Shown: positions 51,054-61,231 of the stretch, one piece after another
Layout: every line of letters starts with the position of its first letter
How positions within the stretch are numbered: position 1 is the first letter of the stretch
Assembly (NCBI GenBank): GCA_051652765.1
Contig: JBOFUV010000097.1
Location: 32,001-96,000 of the forward strand
Length of the DNA stretch: 64,000 nt
Direction: 5' to 3'
Source: Microcoleaceae cyanobacterium
Lineage (GTDB): Bacteria; Cyanobacteriota; Cyanobacteriia; Cyanobacteriales; Microcoleaceae
Program-made: the position numbers and the translations under genes
The notes under the pieces: generated by a model
Databases searched by the model: none
What the model was told of the DNA's origin: nothing
What the model saw: the letters and a program-made list of their open reading frames with translations, nothing else

Positions 51054-51384
51054 AGAAACTCCTGCAATGAATCGTAATAATGTTAGAAATCGCTGAACTA
51101 GATCACTGAACGAGATAAAGACAAACTAAAGATCCGAATTGCCTCAGAAAATCCAGACTAGGATGCAAATTAGATCAGTATTGTGCCACAACCAGAGGGA
51201 TAGTGTCGAGCTTCTTGTCGGCAGAACTGGCCAGGGCTTTTGTCGGCTGAACAATTGGGTTGTGGCTTAATTCAGTCAGAGTATGTTCAAAAGTTTTAGA
51301 CGCTGGGTTCTGGCGAGAGTTCCAGGATCTATGCGTCTTCATCTTTATGAACTTTTGCTCCAAGTTGTAAGGAGACGTGAATAC

Positions 51385-52539
51385 ATGAAAATCGCGATCG
51401 CGAAAGAAACTCAAGTTGATGAACGGCGTGTTGCTTTGATCCCAGAGGTTGCTGCACGCCTGGTGCAGCAGGGTATTGAGATTTGGGTTGAAGCAGGAGC
51501 AGGGGAGCGATCTTTTTTCTCAGATGCGACCTATGAAGCAGCCGGGGTACGGGTGATTGATAATCCTCACTCCCTTTGGCAGGACGCTGACATTGTGTTG
51601 AAGGTCGGTGTCTTACAAGAGTCCGAAGTTTCACAACTGCGAGATGGCAGCATTTTGATTGGATTTCTTGATCCCCTGGGGAATCCCGTTCTCATTCAAA
51701 AACTGGCCGAACGAAACGTCACCGCCCTCAGCATGGAGATGATCCCCCGAATCAGTCGGGCTCAAACCATGGATGCTCTCTCCTCCCAAGCCAACATTGC
51801 TGGATACAAGTCTGTACTGATTGCCGCAGCCACGTTGCCAAAATACTTTCCCATGCTGACTACCGCAGCAGGAACAATTCGTCCAGCAAAGGTGCTTGTC
51901 ATAGGGGCAGGGGTTGCTGGACTACAGGCGATCGCCACAGCACGGCGATTGGGTGCAGTTGTCGAAGGCTATGACATTCGCCCAGAAGTTAAAGAGCAAG
52001 TGCAAAGCTTGGGGGCGAAGTTTGTGGATGTTACCCTGGAGGAAGATACCGTTGCTGAAGGCGGCTACGCTAAAGAAATTTCTGAAACCGCTCAGGAACA
52101 TGCCCGCAAGGTGTTGACTCAGCATGTAGCTGCTTCCGATATTGTGATCACCACGGCTCAAGTTCCCGGTCGCAAAGCTCCCCTGTTAGTCACAGAAGCC
52201 ATGATCAAGGAGATGAAGCCTGGATCAGTGATTGTTGATCTGGCCGCTTCCCAAGGGGGCAACTGTGAAGGTACAGAACCTGGGAAAGATGTGCAAAAGC
52301 AGGGGGTAACAATTATTGGGCCAATGAACTTGCCCGCTTCAATGCCAGTTCATGCGAGTGAGGTTTATTCCAAGAATGTGCTGGCGTTGCTGAAGCTGAT
52401 GACAACCACAGCAGGAGAACTCAACCTGAATTTTGAGGATGAAGTCATCAGTGGCGCTTGCGTTACCCATCAGGGCGAGGTTCGTTCCCAGCGGGTTCGA
52501 GATGCTTTGACCAGCTATCAGTCCTCGGTGACTAGCTAA
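51385..52539 (+). CDS. pntA: NAD(P) transhydrogenase subunit alpha, part 1
   Basis: MKIAIAKE..ERRVAL.P, RAQTMDALSSQ, GAGVAGL, GGYAKE; AGGAG SD. Confidence 0.95.
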   Translation: MKIAIAKETQVDERRVALIPEVAARLVQQGIEIWVEAGAGERSFFSDATYEAAGVRVIDNPHSLWQDADIVLKVGVLQESEVSQLRDGSILIGFLDPLGNPVLIQKLAERNVTALSMEMIPRISRAQTMDALSSQANIAGYKSVLIAAATLPKYFPMLTTAAGTIRPAKVLVIGAGVAGLQAIATARRLGAVVEGYDIRPEVKEQVQSLGAKFVDVTLEEDTVAEGGYAKEISETAQEHARKVLTQHVAASDIVITTAQVPGRKAPLLVTEAMIKEMKPGSVIVDLAASQGGNCEGTEPGKDVQKQGVTIIGPMNLPASMPVHASEVYSKNVLALLKLMTTTAGELNLNFEDEVISGACVTHQGEVRSQRVRDALTSYQSSVTS

Positions 52540-52595
52540 CAATTCACTCCACCAACTATCCCCTGACCCACGAACAATCGTTAGTGATCCTTGCC

Positions 52596-52892
52596 ATGAG
52601 TACAGAAGTATTAATTTCCGCTCTGTTTGTGTTTGTTCTGGCAACCTTTGCCGGATTTGAAGTGATTACAAAAGTTCCCCCCACGTTGCATACTCCGCTG
52701 ATGTCTGGAGCCAATGCAATTTCCGGGATTAGCGTTCTGGGAGCCATTATCGTCGCTGGAGAACGGGGCTGGAACATCACTGTGATCCTCGGGCTGATTG
52801 GGGTGATTCTTGCCATGATTAACGTTGTGGGCGGCTTTCTCGTGACCGATCGGATGTTGCAAATGTTTAAAAAGAAGGAGGCCAAAGCATGA
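52596..52892 (+). CDS. NAD(P) transhydrogenase subunit alpha, part 2 (membrane)
   Basis: VPPTLHTPLMSGANAISG..NVVGGFLVTDRMLQMF. Confidence 0.95.
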   Translation: MSTEVLISALFVFVLATFAGFEVITKVPPTLHTPLMSGANAISGISVLGAIIVAGERGWNITVILGLIGVILAMINVVGGFLVTDRMLQMFKKKEAKA

Positions 52893-54298
52893 GCGAGTTT
52901 TTACCGACTGGAATTCAACTCAGCTATCTTGTCGCTGTCACTCTATTTTTCTTTGGGCTGAAAAAATTAGGGTCTCCAGCAACTGCCCGTGCCGGGAATG
53001 TTTGGGCTTCTGTTGGCATGTTGATTGCAATTGTGGCGACCTTGCTTGACCAGCACGTCCTAAACTACGAAATGATTGGTTTAGGGCTAGTGATTGGTTC
53101 CATTATTGGCGCAATCATGGCTTACAAGGTTGAGATGACCGACATGCCTCAAATGGTGGGTCTATTGAATGGATTAGGGGGTGCGGCTTCCTCCCTAGTT
53201 GCGGTAGGCGAGTTCTGGAAATATTTGGCAACTGCCGATGTTCCTCCATTGGCAACAACCATTACAGCGGTGCTCGGGGTGCTGATTGGGGGTGTAACCT
53301 TTACCGGGTCTATGATTGCTTTTGCCAAGCTACAAGGTCTGATGAGTGGTTCTCCAATTACATTTCCTCTGCAGCAAGTTGTCAATTTCCTGCTGTTTGG
53401 AGGATTTTTGGTGGGTAGCGTTTATATTTGCTTTAATCCCTTCAACTTGCCTGTTTTCTTCGCTCTGGTTGCCCTTTCCGTTGTGCTTGGCGTGTTGTTT
53501 GTCATCCCGATTGGGGGAGGCGACATGCCCGTTGTGATTTCTCTGTTAAACTCTTTCTCGGGTTTGGCTGCCAGTGCCGCTGGGTTCGTGGTGATGAACA
53601 ATTTGCTGATCATTGCTGGAGCTTTGGTGGGCGCGTCTGGAATCATCCTGACTGTGATTATGTGTAAGGCAATGAACCGCTCTCTAACAAGCGTTCTATT
53701 TGCTGCGTTTGGTACTGGAAGCGGAGTTGTTGCCGGAGGTTCAGGGGGAACAGCAACTGACAAAGCTGTCCGCAGTATTGATCCTGAAGAAGGGGCTATG
53801 ATGTTGGGCTATGCTCGTTCTGTGGTGATTGTTCCGGGCTACGGAATGGCTGTAGCTCAAGCCCAGCACTCAGTGAAGGAGTTAGTCGATCAATTGGAAA
53901 ACCTGGGGGTAGAAGTGCGGTATGCGATTCATCCTGTTGCCGGACGAATGCCGGGGCACATGAACGTCCTGCTGGCGGAGGCGAATGTTCCCTATCCGCA
54001 GTTGTACGACATGGATGACATTAACCCTCAGTTTGAACAAACGGATGTGGCGTTAGTGATTGGGGCAAATGATGTAGTGAATCCAGCGGCGCGAGAAGAT
54101 GCAACAAGCCCAATCTACGGAATGCCGATCTTGGAAGTGGATCGGGCTAAGCACACGATTGTGATTAAGCGTGGCCTCAACACTGGCTTTGCTGGAGTTG
54201 ATAATGATTTGTTTTACAAAGACAAAACCATGATGTTATTTGGCAGTGCTAAAGAGATGGTTGCGAAGTTAGTTTCTGAAGTCAAGCAACTTAGTTAA
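52889..54298 (+). CDS. pntB: NAD(P) transhydrogenase subunit beta
   Basis: MTDMPQMV, GGGDMPVVISLLNS, HPVAGRMPGHMNVLLAEA, GANDVVNP. Confidence 0.97.
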   Translation: MSEFLPTGIQLSYLVAVTLFFFGLKKLGSPATARAGNVWASVGMLIAIVATLLDQHVLNYEMIGLGLVIGSIIGAIMAYKVEMTDMPQMVGLLNGLGGAASSLVAVGEFWKYLATADVPPLATTITAVLGVLIGGVTFTGSMIAFAKLQGLMSGSPITFPLQQVVNFLLFGGFLVGSVYICFNPFNLPVFFALVALSVVLGVLFVIPIGGGDMPVVISLLNSFSGLAASAAGFVVMNNLLIIAGALVGASGIILTVIMCKAMNRSLTSVLFAAFGTGSGVVAGGSGGTATDKAVRSIDPEEGAMMLGYARSVVIVPGYGMAVAQAQHSVKELVDQLENLGVEVRYAIHPVAGRMPGHMNVLLAEANVPYPQLYDMDDINPQFEQTDVALVIGANDVVNPAAREDATSPIYGMPILEVDRAKHTIVIKRGLNTGFAGVDNDLFYKDKTMMLFGSAKEMVAKLVSEVKQLS

Positions 54299-54340
54299 CA
54301 CGAGTGTGATCGCAGCCGTTAGATCCGGAGCGGGCTCTCA

Positions 54341-54373
54341 CAAAGTCCCCTTTTCGCCGTGAAGGGGGCTTTG
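54341..54373 (+). terminator. hairpin downstream of pntB
   Basis: CAAAGTCCCCTT..AAGGGGGCTTTG. Confidence 0.55.
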
Positions 54374-54410
54374 ATTGTTGATCCTTCCATTTCTGCATGA
54401 AGCGAACGCT

Positions 54411-54525
54411 TATAACAGTCCTAAATCAATCATGAGAGATCTTAGGGAGGGGTTTGGGACAAAGTCCCCAAGGAGGAAGCAACGCCCCTCCACTTCCTCC
54501 TCACAAATCATTTAAGATTGCTACA
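54411..54525. mobile_element. MITE-like element (~115 bp) with imperfect terminal inverted repeats
   Basis: Left TATAACAGTCCTAAATCAATCATGAG; right end reverse complement TGTAGCAATCTTAAATGATTTGTGAG; internal GAGGGGTTTGGGAC also occurs inverted near 41686-41699. Confidence 0.65.
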
Positions 54526-54887
54526 GTGCCAGTGTTGAGAATTGTAGCTTCAGAGCTTGATCCTGGCTAAATCAGTAAGAGTTGATATAATAGTCTATAG
54601 ACTGTTAACGCAGTGGGATGACTTGATGAAAGCTATAGGCGTTGGCGCGAGTCTTTTTGATTTTGAGCACTTTGATTTTGAGCACTTTGATTACCTGCGA
54701 TTTTGATGCATTCTTTTTAGTCAGTGCTTGAAAGTTACTGTTGCGGAATGTGGCAGTCTGATTTGAGTTTTGAGATGTCATTTCCCTTCCAATTGCAGAC
54801 TAGGCAGAAATTCGAACTGATTCAATCTCAATGTTGACTTCGAATCTGGGTTTGCAGTTATTAAGTTCATCACGAGGAGAGTTCAAG

Positions 54888-55883
54888 ATGGATTTAGAAC
54901 TTAATACCTGGAATTCCTCAACATCAACTTGCAGGACAGATGATGCTGTTAGAGCATTATTTAGGCAGATGTCTCGCTATCCATTGCTAACGTCTGATGA
55001 GGAAACCAGGTTCGCTCGCCAAGTCCACACTCTAGTCAAGCTAGAGACAATCCAGGCGGATTTAACTGGTAAATTTGGACGTTCTTCGACTCTGGCTGAG
55101 CTTGCTCAAGCCACTCAGATTAATGAATCAGAATTAAAAAATCACTTCTCCCTCGGTCATAATGCCAAGCAGAGAATGATTAGCTCTAACCTGCGCTTGG
55201 TTGTTTCAATCGCAAAACGCTACACCAATCGAGGCGTTCCATTTTTAGATCTAATTCAAGAAGGAGCATTAGGACTCAATCGAGCAACCGAAAAGTTTGA
55301 TCCTGATAAAGGATACAAATTTTCGACTTATGCGTATTGGTGGATTCGGCAAGGCATTACTCGGACAATTGCGAATCAAGGACGCATGGTACGCTTACCG
55401 GTTCATATTATTGAACAGTTGAATAAACTACAGCTTAGCCATCAAGAACTGAGGCGATCGCTTCGTCGTCAACCAACCGAAACTGAACTGGCTGAAGCAC
55501 TCAAAATTTCTGTTCAACAACTGCGGTTGCTTTTGCAGGTTCGTCATAAATCAATCTCTTTAAACCATCGTATTGGGGCCGATGAAAACTCTGAGTTGAT
55601 GGATATTTTAGAAGATCGTGATACCCGTTCTCCTGAGGCTCAAATGCAGGAAACGATCATGCGTCAGGAAATCTTGGAAGTCCTTGAAATTGCCCTATCT
55701 CAACCAGAATGTGATATTCTAGCGCTGCGTTATGGATTGGTCACGGGAATTCCCCATACGCTCGATGAGGTCAGTCAGATCTGCGGTTTTTCGCGGGAAC
55801 AGGTACGCCAAATTCAAGCTAAAGCCATGCGAAAATTGCGTCGTCCTTATGTTGCAGAACGGTTAAAAGGATGGTTAAAGTAA
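54888..55883 (+). CDS. group 2 RpoD-like sigma factor (SigC-like)
   Basis: DDAV...F..M.RYPLLT, NLRLVVSIAKRY, DLIQEG, GYKFSTYAYWWIRQGITR, SREQVRQIQ; AGGAG SD before ATG 54888. Confidence 0.9.
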   Translation: MDLELNTWNSSTSTCRTDDAVRALFRQMSRYPLLTSDEETRFARQVHTLVKLETIQADLTGKFGRSSTLAELAQATQINESELKNHFSLGHNAKQRMISSNLRLVVSIAKRYTNRGVPFLDLIQEGALGLNRATEKFDPDKGYKFSTYAYWWIRQGITRTIANQGRMVRLPVHIIEQLNKLQLSHQELRRSLRRQPTETELAEALKISVQQLRLLLQVRHKSISLNHRIGADENSELMDILEDRDTRSPEAQMQETIMRQEILEVLEIALSQPECDILALRYGLVTGIPHTLDEVSQICGFSREQVRQIQAKAMRKLRRPYVAERLKGWLK

Positions 55884-55917
55884 GGAAAGTATTGGTTCTG
55901 AAAAAATATCTCAAAGC

Positions 55918-56430
55918 ATGTCTCAAGAAATATCCCAAAGCTTGCAAGTGCAGTTTCAGTTGCGACCCGCAAATCCGAATGATGTTCCAGAAATCTTTAG
56001 ATTAATTCAATCTTTGGCTGACTATGAGCAGCTGCTTCATCAAGTGACTGGAACTCCAGAACTTCTGAGTCAACACTTATTCAGCTCCCAACCCCATATC
56101 GAAGTAATTGTTGCTGAATCTGACACTAATCTTGTTGGATTTGCGCTGTTTTTTCATAACTACTCTACTTTCTTAACACAACCTGGAATTTATTTGGAAG
56201 ACCTATTTGTTCAGCCAGATTTTCGGGGCTGTGGCATCGGCAAAGCATTAATTATTCGAGTTGCACAAATTGCCGTAGAACGAGGCTGTGGACGGTTTGA
56301 ATGGAGTGTTTTAGATTGGAATCAAACTGCAATTGACTTCTACAAGTATATGGGAGCTGATGTTTTAGAAGACTGGCGAATTTGTCGAGTTGCCGGGGAA
56401 TCTCTCCTACAACTGAGCCAACAGTTTTAA
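55918..56430 (+). CDS. GNAT N-acetyltransferase (SSAT-like)
   Basis: LADYE, NYSTF..GIYLEDLFV..RGCGIG, WSVLDWN. Confidence 0.92.
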   Translation: MSQEISQSLQVQFQLRPANPNDVPEIFRLIQSLADYEQLLHQVTGTPELLSQHLFSSQPHIEVIVAESDTNLVGFALFFHNYSTFLTQPGIYLEDLFVQPDFRGCGIGKALIIRVAQIAVERGCGRFEWSVLDWNQTAIDFYKYMGADVLEDWRICRVAGESLLQLSQQF

Positions 56431-56562
56431 TCTTGCTTGTATGCAATCAACCTTTTCAATTAGACTATCATTAATAGTTGATAAAAAAGACAAGTTCCGA
56501 AGCGATGGCCTGAGCAGCAATAGAAGATGATCAAACATGCGGGACTACTGGTATGAGCTGGT

Positions 56563-57714
56563 ATGAAGATGTATCCAATTGTCATTGACCTATTTTGTGG
56601 ATGTGGCGGAATTTCAACAGGTTTACTTGATGCGGGTTTGGCTGTGCAGGGGGGCTTTGATATTGAAGCTCGATCGATTGAAGTCTACAACTATAATCAC
56701 AACTATCGAGGAGCACAAGGATTTCAGTTGGATTTATCGAAATCTACTGGCGTTGAACTTTTGCAGTTGTTGAATCTAGAGACTGTTGATTTACTCGTGG
56801 GTGGTGCGCCCTGTCAGTCATTTAGTATTGTTGGATCGCGCAAAGGACTCAGTGATCCAAGAGGGCATTTAATCTTTGACTTTATTCGCTATGTTGCTGA
56901 ACTAAAACCCAAAGCCTTCTTGTTAGAAAATGTTCCCAATCTCCAAAAAATTGAGCAGGGAACTGTTTTTAACGGTGTGATTCAAGAGTTGGAACTGTTG
57001 GGTTATACCGTTAAATATGCTGTTTTATCAGCAGCAGACTATGGAGTTCCACAAAATCGCAAACGAATTTTTATCCTAGGAACGTTTGGTCAAAATATTG
57101 TCAATTTTCCACCTCCGCCCACTCATTTTCAGCCCAATAGTTTATTCGTTCAACTAGAAGGTCGTCCGGCTTATAAAACTTGTAAAGCAGTACTGAATGA
57201 TTTGCCCGATGTTAATGATTTGCAGGCTGAAGGCATCCCAAATCATGAGCCAACTTTTCATAATGATGCTGTGATTGCTCAACTTAAACAGTTACAACCC
57301 GGAACACGAGACAAAAAGTACTTTTATGACCGCCTGCATCCCGATCGACCCAGCTATACACTTCGAGCGGGTTCAGGCAACTTTACCCCGCTCCGTCCAA
57401 TTCACTATCACTATCACCGGGTTATTTCTGTCCGAGAATCTGCTCGTTTACAAGGCTTTTCGGATGAGTTTATTTGGGCAGATTCGATCCCTCGATTGCA
57501 GCAATATCGCCAAGTCGGCAATGCAGTTTGCCCTCCCATAGCAGAAGCTTTAGGTCAATTTTTGTGCAATCTCATGCAGTGGGAACGCAATCCAGATTTA
57601 TTCAAGGGTGATTCCCAAAATCGGCCTGCCCTTGTTGCCAAAACTAAAGCTGAGAAGATAGCAGAACGTACAAAGCGAATTCGAGGTGCTTCTTTAGGAC
57701 TACACCCTGTTTGA
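56563..57714 (+). CDS. DNA (cytosine-5) methyltransferase, orphan
   Basis: DLFCGCGG (I), GGAPCQSFS (IV), ENV (VI), QNRKR (VIII), RESARLQGF (IX), QVGNAV (X). Confidence 0.93.
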   Translation: MKMYPIVIDLFCGCGGISTGLLDAGLAVQGGFDIEARSIEVYNYNHNYRGAQGFQLDLSKSTGVELLQLLNLETVDLLVGGAPCQSFSIVGSRKGLSDPRGHLIFDFIRYVAELKPKAFLLENVPNLQKIEQGTVFNGVIQELELLGYTVKYAVLSAADYGVPQNRKRIFILGTFGQNIVNFPPPPTHFQPNSLFVQLEGRPAYKTCKAVLNDLPDVNDLQAEGIPNHEPTFHNDAVIAQLKQLQPGTRDKKYFYDRLHPDRPSYTLRAGSGNFTPLRPIHYHYHRVISVRESARLQGFSDEFIWADSIPRLQQYRQVGNAVCPPIAEALGQFLCNLMQWERNPDLFKGDSQNRPALVAKTKAEKIAERTKRIRGASLGLHPV

Positions 57715-57994
57715 GTCATTATTTATTTAAGGGGTTAAGGGCTACCTGTTTGGGCTGTGGTAATAGTCATGGTTTATAATGTAATGTCTGTGATGCAGAC
57801 TGCTAACTTGGGCGGGCAAGATGCCAACTCTAGGGTCACACTTCAAATCCAATCGCGATCACGACCCATCATTTAACTCACTGATCATTAAAACGATTCA
57901 TTAAAACGATTTGATTCCATTGATGCGGTCTCAGCAATTCGGTTTAAACTATTAGGTTAAAGCATTAGTTTCAAGTGGCACACCACAAAACGTT

Positions 57995-59443
57995 ATGACT
58001 GTTAGAGTTCGTCTTGCCCCCAGTCCAACTGGAAATTTGCATATTGGCACAGCTAGAACAGGGGTATTTAACTGGCTATTTGCGCGTCATCTGGGTGGAA
58101 CATTTATCCTCCGCATTGAAGACACGGATTTAGAGCGATCGCGCCCAGAATATACCCAGAATATTCTTGAGGGCTTGAAATGGTTAGGATTGACTTGGGA
58201 TGAGGGGCCATTTTTTCAGTCAGACCGTCTCGAACTCTATCGTCAGCCGATCCAATCGTTGCTAGACCAAGGCTTAGCCTATCACTGTTACTGCACTTCG
58301 GAAGAATTGGACGAAATGCGGGAAGCCCAAAACGCTAGAGGAGAAGCCCCGCGATATGACAACCGCCACCGTCACCTCCCGCCGGAACAACAGGCGGCCT
58401 TTGCAGCCGAGGGACGCAAGCCTGTAATTCGCTTCAAAATTGACGATGACCGGGAAATTGTTTGGAAAGACTTGGTGCGAGGAACGGTGGCTTGGCAGGG
58501 CAAAGATCTGGGTGGAGACATGGTAATCGCTCGGGCAGCGGCAGGAGGTGAAATCGGTCAGCCGTTGTACAACTTCGTTGTCGTTGTCGATGATATTGAC
58601 ATGGGGATTACTCACATCATTCGGGGGGAAGATCATGTTGGCAATACTCCGAAGCAGATTTTGCTCTATGAAGCCTTAGGAGCAATGATTCCAGAATTTG
58701 CCCACACCCCCTTGATCTTGAGTCCTGATGGACGCAAATTGTCCAAACGGGATGGTGTCACTTCAATTTCTGACTTTCAACGCCTGGGTTATATGCCAGA
58801 AGCCTTAGGGAACTATATGTCTTTGCTAGGCTGGACTCCCCCAGATTCTACGCAAGAAATCTTTACATTGACTGAGGCAGCTCAGAAGTTCAGTTTTGAG
58901 CGGGTAAACAAGGCTGGGGCAAAATTTGACTGGGATAAGCTAGATTGGTTGAATAGTCAGTATATTCATCAACTGCCAGCCCAGCAGCTCACTGATTTGC
59001 TGATTCCTTACTGGCAAGAGGCTGGCTATGAATTTGACCCCCAAGGCGATCGCCCGTGGCTAGAGCAGCTTGCTACTTTGCTTGGCCCCAGCCTGGTTCG
59101 GCTTAAGGACGCAACTGAAGAGAGTCGATTGTTCTTCAATTCAATCATTCCCTTGGATGAAGAAGCTGAGGCTCAGTTGTCTCAAGATGGAGCCGCAACT
59201 GTAATTCAGGCAATCGATGAGAAAGTCAAAGCCAGTCCGACTTTTACCCTAGAGCAGGCCAAGGGCATTGTCAGCGAAGTCACCCAAGAGACTCAGTTGA
59301 AAAAAGGATTAATCATGCGATCGCTCAGAGCCACCTTAATGGGATCGATGCATGGCCCAGATCTAATGGAATCTTGGTTGCTATTACATCAGCGGGGATT
59401 CGATCAAATTCGCTTTCAAACTGTACTTAATCACTTTACTTAA
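57995..59443 (+). CDS. gltX: glutamate--tRNA ligase
   Basis: [29 protein letters not shown]. Confidence 0.97.
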   Translation: MTVRVRLAPSPTGNLHIGTARTGVFNWLFARHLGGTFILRIEDTDLERSRPEYTQNILEGLKWLGLTWDEGPFFQSDRLELYRQPIQSLLDQGLAYHCYCTSEELDEMREAQNARGEAPRYDNRHRHLPPEQQAAFAAEGRKPVIRFKIDDDREIVWKDLVRGTVAWQGKDLGGDMVIARAAAGGEIGQPLYNFVVVVDDIDMGITHIIRGEDHVGNTPKQILLYEALGAMIPEFAHTPLILSPDGRKLSKRDGVTSISDFQRLGYMPEALGNYMSLLGWTPPDSTQEIFTLTEAAQKFSFERVNKAGAKFDWDKLDWLNSQYIHQLPAQQLTDLLIPYWQEAGYEFDPQGDRPWLEQLATLLGPSLVRLKDATEESRLFFNSIIPLDEEAEAQLSQDGAATVIQAIDEKVKASPTFTLEQAKGIVSEVTQETQLKKGLIMRSLRATLMGSMHGPDLMESWLLLHQRGFDQIRFQTVLNHFT

Positions 59444-59469
59444 TTACTGATATTCCGGAGACTGAGATC

Positions 59470-60540
59470 ATGACAGACTCTTCCAAGCCAAAAAGAACAG
59501 CACCCAAAGGATTTGGAGCTTCTAGTTCCAAGCCCGAACCTGAAACTCCTGAGATTGAAACTCCTGAGGACGGTTCCGCTTTTGAGGTTGAGTTAGATTC
59601 TACCCCGACCCAATCTGAGATCCCTCAAACTGAAGCGCCTGCAGTTCAGTTTATACAACCAGACCCCCAGCCTGCTGAGGATGAAGCCGCTCAACCCTGG
59701 GAGGAACAGGTTCAGGCTGTTGCTCTCCAACTTGGCGTTGATCATCCAGTTGAGGTTCAATCCCTTGAGTCAGGGGTAGAGTTTTCAACGGTGACTAGAG
59801 AAGAACCTGTAGAGGCACTATCCTATGATGCTTACCCTACAGAGATACAATCTGCTGACTTCAGTTCCAAATCTGTAGAATCTGAATCTGTAGAATCTGA
59901 ATCTGTAGAACCTGAATCTGTAGAACCTGCTCTTGAACTTTCCTCTGTCGTTCCATCAGAATTGAGTGAGTCAAACACAACCCCAACTGCGGAACCCGTG
60001 GTTAAATCAGAGCCAAATTCGCCTAAAATAGCTGAACCTGTGCTTAAATCAGAACCGATAGCAGCTAGAGCGCCAGAGCCTATGGCCGAGCCTGCGCTTT
60101 CTGCTTCCCCGGTTGTTAATGTTAAAATGGAGCCGCCTATGTCTCTCGAATCTTCTCAGAAAGAGTTGGAAAAAGGATTAGATTCCATTAAGGATGATTT
60201 GGAATCAGCGAAGGATGAATTAGAAACCGTCAAGGACAAAGTTGCCAGATTTCTTGCAGATCTCCCGGAAAATGTCGGGAACTTCTTCAATGAGTACCAA
60301 CGTCCTTTGATTACGGTTGGGCTTCTATTAGCACTCTTAATTACCCTGAGAGTTCTAATTGGTTTAGTGAATGTTCTGAATGGCATTCCTCTGGTGAAGC
60401 CGACGTTTCAAGCCATTGGTCTAGGCTATTCAGGTTGGTTCATCTATCGCTATCTACTGCGGTCAGAAACTCGTCAAGAGCTGTCTCAAAAATGGCAGTC
60501 TTTCAAGGATGATGTAGTTGGCCAAAGTCAGAGTCTCTAG
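59470..60540 (+). CDS. CAAD/CurT-domain thylakoid membrane protein with long acidic N-terminus
   Basis: Glu/Pro/Ser-rich N-terminus, coiled coil, then FFNEYQRPL..TM..IPLV...FQAIGLGYSGWFIYRYLL..RQEL. Confidence 0.85.
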   Translation: MTDSSKPKRTAPKGFGASSSKPEPETPEIETPEDGSAFEVELDSTPTQSEIPQTEAPAVQFIQPDPQPAEDEAAQPWEEQVQAVALQLGVDHPVEVQSLESGVEFSTVTREEPVEALSYDAYPTEIQSADFSSKSVESESVESESVEPESVEPALELSSVVPSELSESNTTPTAEPVVKSEPNSPKIAEPVLKSEPIAARAPEPMAEPALSASPVVNVKMEPPMSLESSQKELEKGLDSIKDDLESAKDELETVKDKVARFLADLPENVGNFFNEYQRPLITVGLLLALLITLRVLIGLVNVLNGIPLVKPTFQAIGLGYSGWFIYRYLLRSETRQELSQKWQSFKDDVVGQSQSL

Positions 60541-60570
60541 GATTTAATAGCCCAGTGTATGTATTGCAAT

Positions 60571-60597
60571 AAATCCCCTCGGTTTTCTAGGGGATTT
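60571..60597 (+). terminator. hairpin terminator
   Basis: AAATCCCCT..AGGGGATTT. Confidence 0.55.
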
Positions 60598-60611
60598 TAA
60601 AATAGGAACCC

Positions 60612-61142
60612 ATGACATCAAATAGAGGGAAGTTTAATCGGATAGGAGTTAAGCGGATAGGGCTTAAGCTGGTGATTGTTCTGGGAAGTGTGTTTCTCAG
60701 CTCTCTTGCTCTGGCTCAATCTCCTAAGTCAGACCCAATCCCAATGTTTGAAAACGTTACACTTTCACCTAATTTTTCACCGAATCCGTTGACTGTTCGA
60801 GGGTTAAGTGGAGGGCCAGTGACTTCAGAGAAAACAGCGGGTCGGGCTAAAACGCCTACAGGCCCCTGCATTGGTTATGTCGATGAAAAACCTGACCACA
60901 CCCTGGTTCTAACAGGGTTTTTTCAATATCTGAGCCTTCAGGTCAAGAGTAGTGCAGATACGGTCTTGGTCATTCGGGGGCCAGGGGGGAGTTGGTGCAA
61001 TGATGACTACACTGATATGAATCCAGGAATTGCTGGGCAGTGGCTCTCTGGAACCTATGAAGTTTGGGTGGGTTCCTACAAGTCCAATGACTACCACCCC
61101 TACGTGATTAAAATTACGGATATCCCTCAGGCCCAAAACTAG
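60612..61142 (+). CDS. secreted hypothetical protein (PPC-like beta domain)
   Basis: Signal peptide; C.GY...PDH.L.L, DT.L...GP...C.DD, G.YEVWVGS. Confidence 0.7.
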   Translation: MTSNRGKFNRIGVKRIGLKLVIVLGSVFLSSLALAQSPKSDPIPMFENVTLSPNFSPNPLTVRGLSGGPVTSEKTAGRAKTPTGPCIGYVDEKPDHTLVLTGFFQYLSLQVKSSADTVLVIRGPGGSWCNDDYTDMNPGIAGQWLSGTYEVWVGSYKSNDYHPYVIKITDIPQAQN

Positions 61143-61231
61143 CCCCAGTCCAAAGGTCAATGTTGCTGACTTAGGGCTTTCACAGGTCTAAAGCCTGAGG
61201 TAATCCGTTCTGCATCTATTTGTGCTGCCGA

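Noticed and set aside
56563..57714. MTase as the HIP1-associated CGATCG methylase
   Set aside because: Motif I region does not resemble my recollection of that subfamily; specificity cannot be read from sequence.
59425..59470. Programmed readthrough or frameshift fusing GltX and CAAD
   Set aside because: Frames differ, no X XXY YYZ slippery heptamer, and the downstream ORF has its own SD.
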